Assembly: GCA_036844545.1 (NCBI GenBank)
Contig: DAIUFO010000002.1
Coordinates: 1-33,624 of the forward strand
DNA from: Chloroflexota bacterium
GTDB lineage: Bacteria > Chloroflexota > JAJPGV01
Direction of reading: 5' to 3'
DNA: 33,624 bases
This document shows positions 1 through 7,498 of this stretch, piece by piece (positions within the stretch are counted from its first letter, which is position 1; each line of letters starts with the position of its first letter). The notes under the pieces were generated by a model, which was given only the letters and a program-made list of their open reading frames with translations, had not been told where the DNA came from and did not search any database. Position numbers and translations under genes: made by a program.

Positions 1-1
1 C

Positions 2-85
2 GGCCGCCACCACCAGCCTCCCTCCAAGCACTGGCAGGCTTACCTCGATGAGATGGCGTTCAGGTTCAACAACCGCGGGAACCCG
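2..85 (+). pseudogene. 3' fragment of an IS1595-type (ISXO2-like DDE) transposase gene, cut by the window edge
   Basis: The frame starting at nt 2 reads GRHHQPPSKHWQAYLDEMAFRFNNRGNP. This matches the conserved C-terminal (K)HLQxYLDEFxFRFNRR signature of IS1595-family transposases. Recognisable similarity stops at nt 85, exactly where the stop codon (86-88) of the convergent minus-strand gene lies. The open frame runs on to 292 but is then antisense to a better-supported gene. Confidence 0.4.
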
Positions 86-1483
86 TCACGGCGTTGGCAG
101 GATGTTGAAATCCAGCACCGGATGCAGCTCGATGCCATTGGGAGCTACTCCATCCTGCCCATGCAGCCTGTCGAAGAAGCCAACACCGGTGATTTGGGCT
201 TTGCCGGTCATCGGGTTCAGCCGCGCCCTGCCGGTTTGCGGATCGATGGCCTCGGCTGGGACAGCGCCGCCCATGGCCATGCGCTGCACTAACGGCGGAA
301 CGGCGGCGAGCACTGCGCTGCGTGCCGCGTCCATGCGGTCCAACAGGACCGTGTCATGCGTCTGAGCGCACTCCCGTTTGGGGAACTCGGCGATCATGGT
401 CTCGCTCGGGCTGCTGGGGTCGGCAATCACCAAATGGACGTCGTTGTCCGCTTCGACCTTCGCTCCGACCAGCATCGCGGTCACGGTGTAGACCGTCAGC
501 TCAACGGGATCGAGACGGTTGTTGGCAGGCAACGTGGCCGAGGTAGCAGGCGGCGCTTGCTTCTGCGGATCCTGGTTTCGCAGGTCCAGGACCGTCGTCG
601 TTACGGGCGAGTTAAAGGCAACTTTGCCCACGTCCAGATCGCCGAGCGTTTTGATGGACCACCGTTCCGTGCCACACGCTGTGTGGACGGCGCTGCGCAT
701 CCACTGTTCGCGATGGGTCATCCGCCGCTCGCGGCGGCTGCCCACGCGTGGGCGCTGCCTGGGGCTGAAGGTCAGCTGCCAGGGGCCGTGCTGCTTAGCC
801 GGCGCCAGATTGGCGGGCGCGACCGCGCCGAAAATCTGGTGATAGCCGGTGCCTGTCTGGATGTCGTAGACGAGCGAATAGCCACCCTGCAGTATCGCGA
901 ACGGCTGCTGGATGGAGCCTTGCTTGTCGAATTGCGCGGATGTCGCTTTACCGGCCTGTGGGCCGGACAAATAAAAGGACTCGAACCATGCCGGATAGAG
1001 GAAGTCCGATACCAGGGTGCCGTCAATGTCGTAGCCAAGCTGATCGGCCTCGCAGGCATCACAGACTTCGTAGGCGTACAGCCTGTCGGCCTTGGCATCC
1101 GGATGAGGAAAGGCCCACAGGTTGATGTCGGGGTCGCCAAGCATCTCCAGCAACTCGTGGCTGGCGGTCACCGTCCACTGCAAGTTGTCGAGCTTGTCCG
1201 TCTGCACGAACACCTTGCCCATGGGCAAGCCTTCAGAGGTCAGGTCGTGGTAGCCCAGGGCGTTGGCTTGGTCGGAGGTATCGAGCAAACTGAGCCACCA
1301 CGAGCCGGGTGGCGGCGATTGCCCCCTCGGTACGAAGGTCAGGTCGGCATCGATTCCCCATGCCGGCGCAAAATCGTTGTGCACTTGCTTCTGCAGTGGG
1401 CTGACCGCTGCCTGCGCTTGGGCGTCCGTCAGCACGAAGTCGTCCGAAGTGGCGTTGACCACCGCTATCTCGATATTGGCCAT
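86..1483 (-). CDS. Hypothetical two-domain protein, 465 aa, function unknown
   Basis: Long ORF with balanced, protein-like composition. The N-terminal ~230 aa contain WGIDADL, ALGYHDLTSEGLPMGKVF and SHELLEMLGDP (an HExxE-type acidic/His motif). An Arg-rich linker (RQRPRVGSRRERR) follows. The C-terminal ~200 aa contain CGTERWSIKTLGD, DNDVHLVIADP, IAEFP and GFFDRLHGQDGVAPNGIELHPV. I recall this pattern as a conserved uncharacterised bacterial domain but cannot name it. Confidence 0.75.
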   Translation of the reverse strand: MANIEIAVVNATSDDFVLTDAQAQAAVSPLQKQVHNDFAPAWGIDADLTFVPRGQSPPPGSWWLSLLDTSDQANALGYHDLTSEGLPMGKVFVQTDKLDNLQWTVTASHELLEMLGDPDINLWAFPHPDAKADRLYAYEVCDACEADQLGYDIDGTLVSDFLYPAWFESFYLSGPQAGKATSAQFDKQGSIQQPFAILQGGYSLVYDIQTGTGYHQIFGAVAPANLAPAKQHGPWQLTFSPRQRPRVGSRRERRMTHREQWMRSAVHTACGTERWSIKTLGDLDVGKVAFNSPVTTTVLDLRNQDPQKQAPPATSATLPANNRLDPVELTVYTVTAMLVGAKVEADNDVHLVIADPSSPSETMIAEFPKRECAQTHDTVLLDRMDAARSAVLAAVPPLVQRMAMGGAVPAEAIDPQTGRARLNPMTGKAQITGVGFFDRLHGQDGVAPNGIELHPVLDFNILPTP

Positions 1484-1718
1484 CGACTTTCACCATTGCT
1501 CTCAAGCTCTCTGTGGAGGACCGGCCGCCGAACAACAAAGAGAGCCAGGGAGCCAATGCCACTGCAGCTCTCTCCCGCCATCGTTGTAGCCGACCGCTGG
1601 CTTCTAGTCAAGCCGCCGCACCGGCCGGCTGTGCTTCCCGCGGCGCCGTCCGCCGGTTGGCGTCTACCGACGATGGAGGCGCGGCCGCTTGTGGTCTACC
1701 CCACCGGGGATCGAGCCT

Positions 1719-1742
1719 CTAAATTCAGACCTCTGGACATTG
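1719..1742. repeat. Left terminal inverted repeat of the IS
   Basis: Matches the reverse complement of 4118-4141 at 23 of 24 positions. Confidence 0.7.
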
Positions 1743-1815
1743 AGCTTGGCCGACTAGTCAGTAATTAGTGGTGCGATTAGCTGGCGTTTGGAGCTGAACT
1801 CTGCTAGACTGGTGA

Positions 1816-4113
1816 GTGTCCGGCATCGTTCAGCCTGCGACCAGCGGCGCGCTCCCGCTCAGTGTTGTGCCCCCACCGGGGACGCTGTTTGGTCACGGTC
1901 TCCGGCTCATCCATGACCCTCGGACGCAGCGTTTGGCTGTGTATTTGGGCGGCCTGGTCATCGATAGCTGGGCGCAGGGCGATGCGGTTGGCCGGCGGTT
2001 AGCCATAGCCCGCCTGGTCAACAGCCAGCTGGCCACGGCGACCGAGGTGGCCCAGGTGTTCGGCGTGCACCGCAACACCGTGGGGCGGATGGCCCAGCAG
2101 GTCGAGGCTGAGGGCGCCACGGCGGCTGTGCGGCGCAAGCCCGGCCCGCGCAAGCGGCACAAGGTCACGGCCAAGGTGATCGACGTGCTGCGGCTGGCGG
2201 TGGCGGCGGGCTGGAGCTCGCCCGCCGCGCAACGTGAGGTGCGCCGGCGGACGGGGGTACAACTGTCACACGGCCACATCTGGGGGCTGTTGCAGCAGCT
2301 GCGCCAGGAGCAGCCAGCGACCCTGCCGCTGGACCTCCCGCTAGTGGCTGACAGCGCCGACACTGGCGGGCCAGCAGCGCAGCCAGAGGAGGATGCAGAC
2401 GACGAGACCTGGCCAGCCGTCGCGGCGCCTGAGGAGGACCAGGTAGCGGGAGCGCGTGGTCTGGACAGTCCGCTCGAAACAGCGCTGGAGCTGTCGCCGG
2501 GCGAGGCGCTGGCCAGCCGCTATCTGGGTCTGACCCTGTTTTACCCCGCCCTGCAGGTGGTGGGCTTACTCGGGCTGGCCGAGCAGGTCTACCAGCTGGC
2601 CGGAGCGCTGCGTTTTGGCGTCCAGCAGGTATTCGTGGAGCTGTTCTGCCTGGCGCTCTTGCAGGAGCCGACAGTGGAGCGCGTGAAACGCGTGCTGCGC
2701 AGCGACCTGGGGGCGGTCATGGGCTGTCTGCGGGCGGCCTGCGTGAAGACGCTGCGCCGGAAGCTGGCGGCGTTGAGCGAGCAGCGTCAGGCGGTGCGGC
2801 TGGGCACGCTCTTGGCCCGGCACTGGCTCGAGGTCGGGCTGCTGAACACCAGCTACCTGTACGTCGACGGCCACGTCAAGGTCTACAGCGGCAGCCGGCT
2901 GGTGCCGGAGGTCTGGAACAGCCAGCGGCGCATGCCGCTGCCGGGCATCGTCCAGTATTTCGTCAACGACCTGCACGGCCGGCCGCTGCTGGTGGTCAGC
3001 CAGGACGTGCGTGGCAACCTGGCCAAGAGTCTGCCGAGCGTGATTGCGGCGGTGCGCCAGGTGGTGGGTGCGGGCCGCTTCACGGTCATCTTCGACCGGG
3101 GCGGCTATGACGGGCAGCTGTTCACCTGGCTGGTGGAGCAGGGGCTGGACTTCATCACCTATCAGCGCGGCGAGGTGCACCTGGCGGCCGACCAGTTCCG
3201 GCGTCGGGAGGCCCGTTGGGAGGGCCGGCGGGTGCGCTTTCAGCTGGCGGAAGACAGCGTGACCGTGGCCGGCTCCGGCCCCTGGCGGCGTGTCGTGCTG
3301 CGCACTACGGATGGCCACCAGACGCCCATCTTGACCAGCCTGGACGCGGCGGCGGTGGCTGCTGCCCGGGTGACCGCGCTCATGCTGGCGCGCTGGCGCC
3401 AGGAGAACTTCTTCAAGTACGCCCGTGCGCACCTGGGACTGGATGTCCTCACCAGCTACGCGGCGGATACTGTGGCTGACCGAGAGGTTCCGAACCCGGC
3501 GGTCAAAGCGGCCATGGTCGAGCTGAAACGCCGTCGAGCCGGCGCCCAGAAAGTTCGGGCAGCTGTGGGCCAGACCGTCGTCGTGGATGCCGCTCAACAA
3601 ATCGCCAAACCAGACCAGGCTGCAGCCAAGGGCAAGCAAGCCAAGCGTTTGTCCGCTGCCCCACGAGAGGCGTTGCTCGCCGAAGTGCAGGCCCTCGACG
3701 CCCACATCGAGCAGGCCAGGGCACACCTGCGGACCCTGCCAGTACGCGTGCTGCTGAGCAGCCTGGGGCCGTTACCCAAGACCCCGCAACTGGAAACCAA
3801 GCTCATCGCCGAGGCGGTCAAGGTCGCCGCCTACAATGCCCAGTCCTGGCTGGCCGAGCGCTTGGCCAAACACTACGCCCATCCCAACGACCTGTACGAC
3901 CTGCTGCGTTCCTTCGCTCAGCTGTCTGGCACCATGACCCGCCACCTTGACGGCACCATCCACATCTGCCTCGACCCGCCCGACGCCCCCCTGTGCCGTC
4001 GCGCCCTTGAAGGGCTCTGCCACGACCTGAACCTCCTTCACCCGGTCTTCCCTGGCACCGATACCCCCGTGATCTATGACGTTGCCATGCACCATCCTGG
4101 CCCCGTCATTTAG
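1816..4113 (+). CDS. Transposase, 765 aa: N-terminal helix-turn-helix region plus DDE-type catalytic domain
   Basis: HTH-like segment ATATEVAQVFGVHRNTVGRMAQQV. Candidate catalytic acidic residues lie in YLYVDGHVKVY, VIFDRGGYDGQ and LMLARWRQENFFKYAR. The last resembles the RWxIExxFK/YREK region of IS4-superfamily DDE transposases. GTG start. The ORF is enclosed by the inverted repeats. Confidence 0.8.
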   Translation: MSGIVQPATSGALPLSVVPPPGTLFGHGLRLIHDPRTQRLAVYLGGLVIDSWAQGDAVGRRLAIARLVNSQLATATEVAQVFGVHRNTVGRMAQQVEAEGATAAVRRKPGPRKRHKVTAKVIDVLRLAVAAGWSSPAAQREVRRRTGVQLSHGHIWGLLQQLRQEQPATLPLDLPLVADSADTGGPAAQPEEDADDETWPAVAAPEEDQVAGARGLDSPLETALELSPGEALASRYLGLTLFYPALQVVGLLGLAEQVYQLAGALRFGVQQVFVELFCLALLQEPTVERVKRVLRSDLGAVMGCLRAACVKTLRRKLAALSEQRQAVRLGTLLARHWLEVGLLNTSYLYVDGHVKVYSGSRLVPEVWNSQRRMPLPGIVQYFVNDLHGRPLLVVSQDVRGNLAKSLPSVIAAVRQVVGAGRFTVIFDRGGYDGQLFTWLVEQGLDFITYQRGEVHLAADQFRRREARWEGRRVRFQLAEDSVTVAGSGPWRRVVLRTTDGHQTPILTSLDAAAVAAARVTALMLARWRQENFFKYARAHLGLDVLTSYAADTVADREVPNPAVKAAMVELKRRRAGAQKVRAAVGQTVVVDAAQQIAKPDQAAAKGKQAKRLSAAPREALLAEVQALDAHIEQARAHLRTLPVRVLLSSLGPLPKTPQLETKLIAEAVKVAAYNAQSWLAERLAKHYAHPNDLYDLLRSFAQLSGTMTRHLDGTIHICLDPPDAPLCRRALEGLCHDLNLLHPVFPGTDTPVIYDVAMHHPGPVI

Positions 4114-4117
4114 GGCA

Positions 4118-4141
4118 CAATGTCCAGAGGTCTGAAATTAG
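4118..4141. repeat. Right terminal inverted repeat of the IS
   Basis: Reverse complement of 1719-1742 with one mismatch. Confidence 0.7.
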
Positions 4142-4870
4142 CTCCTGGTACCCCGGCCACGTAGTTGCCCTCCGGGCCGTTGGCGCCACCGCTAACCGGC
4201 GTCTGCGTGATGCCCTACTTGCTGATGCCCCGCCTGCGCCCGATGTGGCCACCTGTCGGCGGGTGACCCGGGCCGTCACGGACCGCTGACGGGCCTGCAG
4301 GCCCCGAGTCTCCGCTTCGCGGAATCCCCGTGTCATGGCCCTGCTGGCCGCCCTGGTCGGCTTTGGCCATGTTCTTCGCGAGTGTCACTAACCCCCAACT
4401 CCGAGAGCCGCCGGGGCGGTGGGGGTCGCAATCAGACGGAGGTATATGGTCGAACGGGGACAGCGTCGACGGGCGGGGCCGCACGATTGGCATCGCGGGG
4501 GCCCGCCGCAGTACCAGCCGACGTTCAGGAAGGGCGACATCCGCCTGGCACGCGCGGTGGCCGCACAGTCAACGGCTGCTTGTGCCCGCGTGCAGCGCGC
4601 CAAGCTGGCTCTTGTGTCGTCGTCTCTTGCGCCCGACGATGGGGGATGGCTCCACGCGAACGCGGCGCGACCTTCACGGATCACACTGTTCAGTTACTGA
4701 ACGAGCCGGTTTCTCTGCCAGCCCCGAAAGAGCGGCGCTCAGAATCTGAATTGTCAGCGCGTTGACGAGTCACACGGATGCCTGGTGTAAGTGACTGGAC
4801 AAGTGGAAGCTGGCCTTGACGGGTCAGCTTCTTTGGGTCGTCAGGGAATTCGTCCGACGGAGATAAAGCA

Positions 4871-5135
4871 ATGGCGGACGATAACTGGCGAGCCGTAATC
4901 CCAGACCACCATGACCCCATTCGGATTGTCCCACTGCATCTTCCTGACGAGATCCCGGCCCCGGGCCCGGGCTACCGCCCGCATCTCAGCTACCGGGACG
5001 GGCCACTGCTCACCGACAGTCGAGGTCTTCACCCTCTTCTGGGGCAGTGACCGGCACAACGCGGACGCGAGTCTCGCCCAGCAGATCAATGGACTCTTCG
5101 ATTTCATTCGCTTGTGTCGCACGCGAAAGGTGTAG
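4871..5135 (+). pseudogene. Frameshifted remnant of a gene of unknown function (SD-led ATG ORF that changes frame near 5015 and ends at a TAG)
   Basis: GGAG at 4859-4862 lies 8 nt before ATG 4871. The 59-codon ORF reads MADDNWRAVIPDHHDPIRIVPLHLPDEIPAPGPGYRPHLSYRDGPLLTDS... and stops at 5048-5050. The sense continues in the adjacent frame as VEVFTLFWGSDRHNADASLAQQINGLFDFI up to TAG 5133-5135. The joined string (L-x-Y-x-x-G-P-L-L ... V-x-V-x-x-x-F-W-G ... D-F-I) resembles the N-terminal pattern of PHI-1/EXORDIUM-like proteins. Third-position G+C is higher in this frame than in the in-register antisense frame. Confidence 0.3.
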
Positions 5136-5594
5136 GGTCAACGTCAGCTCGTGGTGGATGATCGGCACCTCACCGCGCTCACGATGGCCACAACCGGGTC
5201 GGACTGCATCGGCCGGCTGCGACCGGCACCGCCGTCGGTGAAGGTGCGAAGCGGTATGTACTCTGGCTCCTGTGGGGTTAGCTCGCACACGGCCGCCGCC
5301 TCGCCGACTCTCAGCGCGCACGGGTCTCCGCTGCATAGCGGTCCTGCTCCACGTGCCGCAGCTGAGCCTGGGGGCACGCGGCGATGAGCTGCTGCTCGAG
5401 GTGACGCAGCGTTGCGCTGTCGTAGGCTGTCGACGGCAGAGGTGCACACGTTTCGCCAAATTCACGCAAGTGTTGCAGGCACTGCAGGGCCGGCTCGCGA
5501 CTGAGGCGAGGCATTTTCTCTATTGACGCCAATGAGACAATGAATGCGAGTTTTGCGCGTCATGGATCGCATTGTTGCTCGAAAGGAGAAAGCC

Positions 5595-5720
5595 GTGCCG
5601 TCTACGCCTGAGGAGAGAATCGCTGCAAGGGCACCAGCCTGGGCCTGGCGTCGTCCCCCGATACTCACCGACCCGATTGACATGGAGTTCGCCATCGAAC
5701 TGGGCGACCCACAGCTGTAG
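5595..5720 (+). CDS. Short ORF (41 codons), candidate leader/precursor peptide or 5' part of a TAG-interrupted 79-codon ORF
   Basis: AAGGAG at 5583-5588 lies 6 nt before GTG 5595. Product: MPSTPEERIAARAPAWAWRRPPILTDPIDMEFAIELGDPQL, ending at TAG 5718-5720. It is in the same frame as the next short ORF. It falls below the ORF-track length cutoff. Confidence 0.3.
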   Translation: MPSTPEERIAARAPAWAWRRPPILTDPIDMEFAIELGDPQL

Positions 5721-5729
5721 AAGCAGTTG

Positions 5730-5834
5730 ATGGCCACCAGATTGGAGACGCTCGCCAAGGTGTACCAGAGCATGGCTGAGGGTGCTACCAAGGCTGCTCA
5801 GGTCGTGGCCAAGAAGTCTGGGGGCCAGCGCTAG
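5730..5834 (+). CDS. Short ORF (34 codons), candidate precursor peptide immediately upstream of the radical SAM gene
   Basis: ATG 5730, product MATRLETLAKVYQSMAEGATKAAQVVAKKSGGQR, stop TAG 5832-5834. It ends only 12 nt before the GTG start of the radical SAM ORF. By my count third-position G+C is high. No obvious SD of its own. Confidence 0.3.
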   Translation: MATRLETLAKVYQSMAEGATKAAQVVAKKSGGQR

Positions 5835-5846
5835 GCCAGGCGAGCC

Positions 5847-7479
5847 GTGCCCGTCCCTCTTGATCCCGTTCGGCTCGATGACAGCCCCGCAGATGTAGCT
5901 CTCATCGGCTATCAAGACCAGGGTAATCTCGGCATGGGACACCTGGCCGCGGTACTGCAGGAGCATGGCCGGACGGTTGAGATGATCGACGTTCGGGACG
6001 GTCCCGACCGGATTGCCGCCCGCTTGGCCCGGCGGCAGCCCTCGGTGGTGGGGTTCTCTCTTATCTTCCAATTCTTTCTGCCGCAATTCCGGCGGGTGGC
6101 CAGCCAGTTGCGCGGCGCCGGCATCAAGAGCCATTTCACCATCGGTGGCCACTATCCCAGCCTGTGTCATGACGAGGTGCTCGCGGACTTTCCCGAGCTG
6201 GACAGCGTGGTGCGCTACGAAGGCGAGCTGACACTCGTCGACCTCCTGCAGCGGCTCAGCGCGGGTGAGGACTGGCGCGAGACTCCCGGAATCGCCTATC
6301 TCCGAGGTGGTGGAGTCCGAGCCCAGAGCGCTCGTACCGGATCTCGACTCCCTGCCTTTCCCCTATCGGCCCTATGAGCCGGAGCTGATTGGCGGCTTTC
6401 CGACGCTGCCGCTGCTGGCGAGTCGAGGCTGCGCGCGCCGCTGTTCCTTCTGCTCTATCCACACGTTCTACCGAACAGCTCCGGGCAAGGTGGTTCGGGT
6501 GCGCAAACCGCCAAGAGTTATCGATGAGATGCTCCATCTGGAGGAGCATCATGGCGTACGAGTTTTTCTGTTTCAGGATGACGATTTCCCGCTCTGGGGG
6601 CCTGTCGGCCGACGTTGGGCGGATGAGCTCGTCGATGGCTTGCAGCAGAGCGGGCTCGCCGACCGTACGGTCTGGAAGATCAGTTGCCGGGCGGAGTACG
6701 TCGAGCCCGACCTGTTTGCCAAACTGCGCGATGCGGGCCTTTTCCTCGTCTATATGGGGTTAGAGTCCGGCGTCGAGCAGGGGCTCAAAGTACTGAACAA
6801 GCAGATCACCGTCGAACAGAACCTTTTCGCTGTGCAAACCCTCAAGCAGCTGGGCATTCAGGTCTCTTATGGGTTCATGCTGTTCGACCCATCGAGCTCT
6901 TTCGAGTCGATCCGCCAGAATATCGGCTTCTTGCGCCAGATCGTCGGCGACGGCTCTGCTGGGGCGGCGTTCTCACGAATGCTGCCGTACGGAGGCACGC
7001 CCATCCGAGACCTACTGCGGCTCGAGGGGCGTCTGCGAGGTGACCTTACCCACCCCGACTACGACTTTCTCGACCTTCGGCTGAACGAGTATTACCCGCT
7101 GCTGCACCAAGCGGTACGTCCGTGGATTCACAACCAGGGTCTGTCCTATGAGTTGAACTATGCGTGGGATGAGCTCGAGATGGTTTCACGGCTGGTCCCG
7201 CAAGTTCGGGGACAGGAACCGTATCGAAGGGCGCTGCGCCTGCTCGCGGCGGAAAGCAACGAGCGTTTGTTCGGCCTGGTAGAGGAGTCATCGTCGGCCT
7301 TCGAACGCGGTGATGGATGGCAGGTCGATCCAATCTCCGTTAATGACTATTGCGAAACGGGACGCAGCCGGCTTCTGGATCTGCGCAACGCGTTCGTTGC
7401 CAAGAATGTTGAACTGTTGATGGAAGCCGTCAACCCAGACTGTGCCAGCGGACCGGTTTTGGCGCCGCAGGTTCACTGA
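5847..7479 (+). pseudogene. B12-binding-domain radical SAM enzyme (class B type), reading frame interrupted near 6300
   Basis: The N-terminal piece (5847-6377 frame) has a cobalamin-binding-like Rossmann segment: VALIGYQDQGNLGMGHLAAVLQEHG...VVGFSLIFQ...HFTIGGHYPS...LDSVVRYEGE. The C-terminal piece (6265-7479 frame) has DLDSLPFP, the CxxxCxxC cluster CARRCSFC at 6430-6453, FLFQDDDF and VYMGLESG. The two pieces overlap in different frames. Sense passes from ...ETPGIAYL to EVVESEPRALVPDLD around 6298-6306. Confidence 0.8.
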
Positions 7480-7498
7480 CAATCTGAGCCTTCGACTC

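Larger units (their letters stand above)
1719..4141 (+). mobile_element. Insertion sequence (~2.4 kb) with a single transposase ORF and 24-bp terminal inverted repeats; IS family not assigned
   Basis: CTAAATTCAGACCTCTGGACATTG (1719-1742) matches the reverse complement of 4118-4141 (CAATGTCCAGAGGTCTGAAATTAG) at 23 of 24 positions. The two copies bracket the 765-aa transposase ORF, and the right repeat starts 5 nt after its stop codon. A weaker extension (CCGGGG at 1704-1709 versus CCCCGG at 4151-4156) could push the ends out to 1704/4156, flanked by CCA on both sides. Confidence 0.75.

Noticed and set aside
53-292. A 79-aa plus-strand ORF extending the transposase-like frame to 292.
   Set aside because: Only the first ~11 codons (to nt 85) carry the IS1595 signature. 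The remainder is antisense to the conserved C-terminal end (NGIELHPVLDF) of the minus-strand gene and has no recognisable similarity.
356-1768. A 470-aa plus-strand ORF, the longest in the first 2 kb.
   Set aside because: It is exactly antisense to the 86-1483 gene. It is extremely Arg/Gly/Leu-rich with no recognisable motifs, which is typical of a shadow ORF in G+C-rich DNA. The minus-strand product has normal composition and conserved-looking motifs.
5010-5532. Minus-strand fragments that read like a decayed tyrosine recombinase: CALRVGEAAAV...; IIHHELTLTLHLSRATQANEIEESIDLLGE with HxLR-to-LLGH spacing identical to integrases.
   Set aside because: All catalytic positions would be substituted (HELT, GE, no Tyr), and three frame changes are required. 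The best-matching piece is in-register antisense to a plus-strand reading (VEVFTLFWGS...INGLFDFI) that has higher third-position G+C and an SD-led start upstream. The resemblance is probably coincidental. A blastx search would settle it.
5133-5720. In-frame TAG codons (5133-5135 and 5718-5720) as possible recoding (pyrrolysine or read-through) signals.
   Set aside because: There are no pyl genes or other recoding context in the window. TAG is used as an ordinary stop elsewhere (for example 4111-4113 and 5832-5834). Both cases sit in a region with other signs of gene decay.
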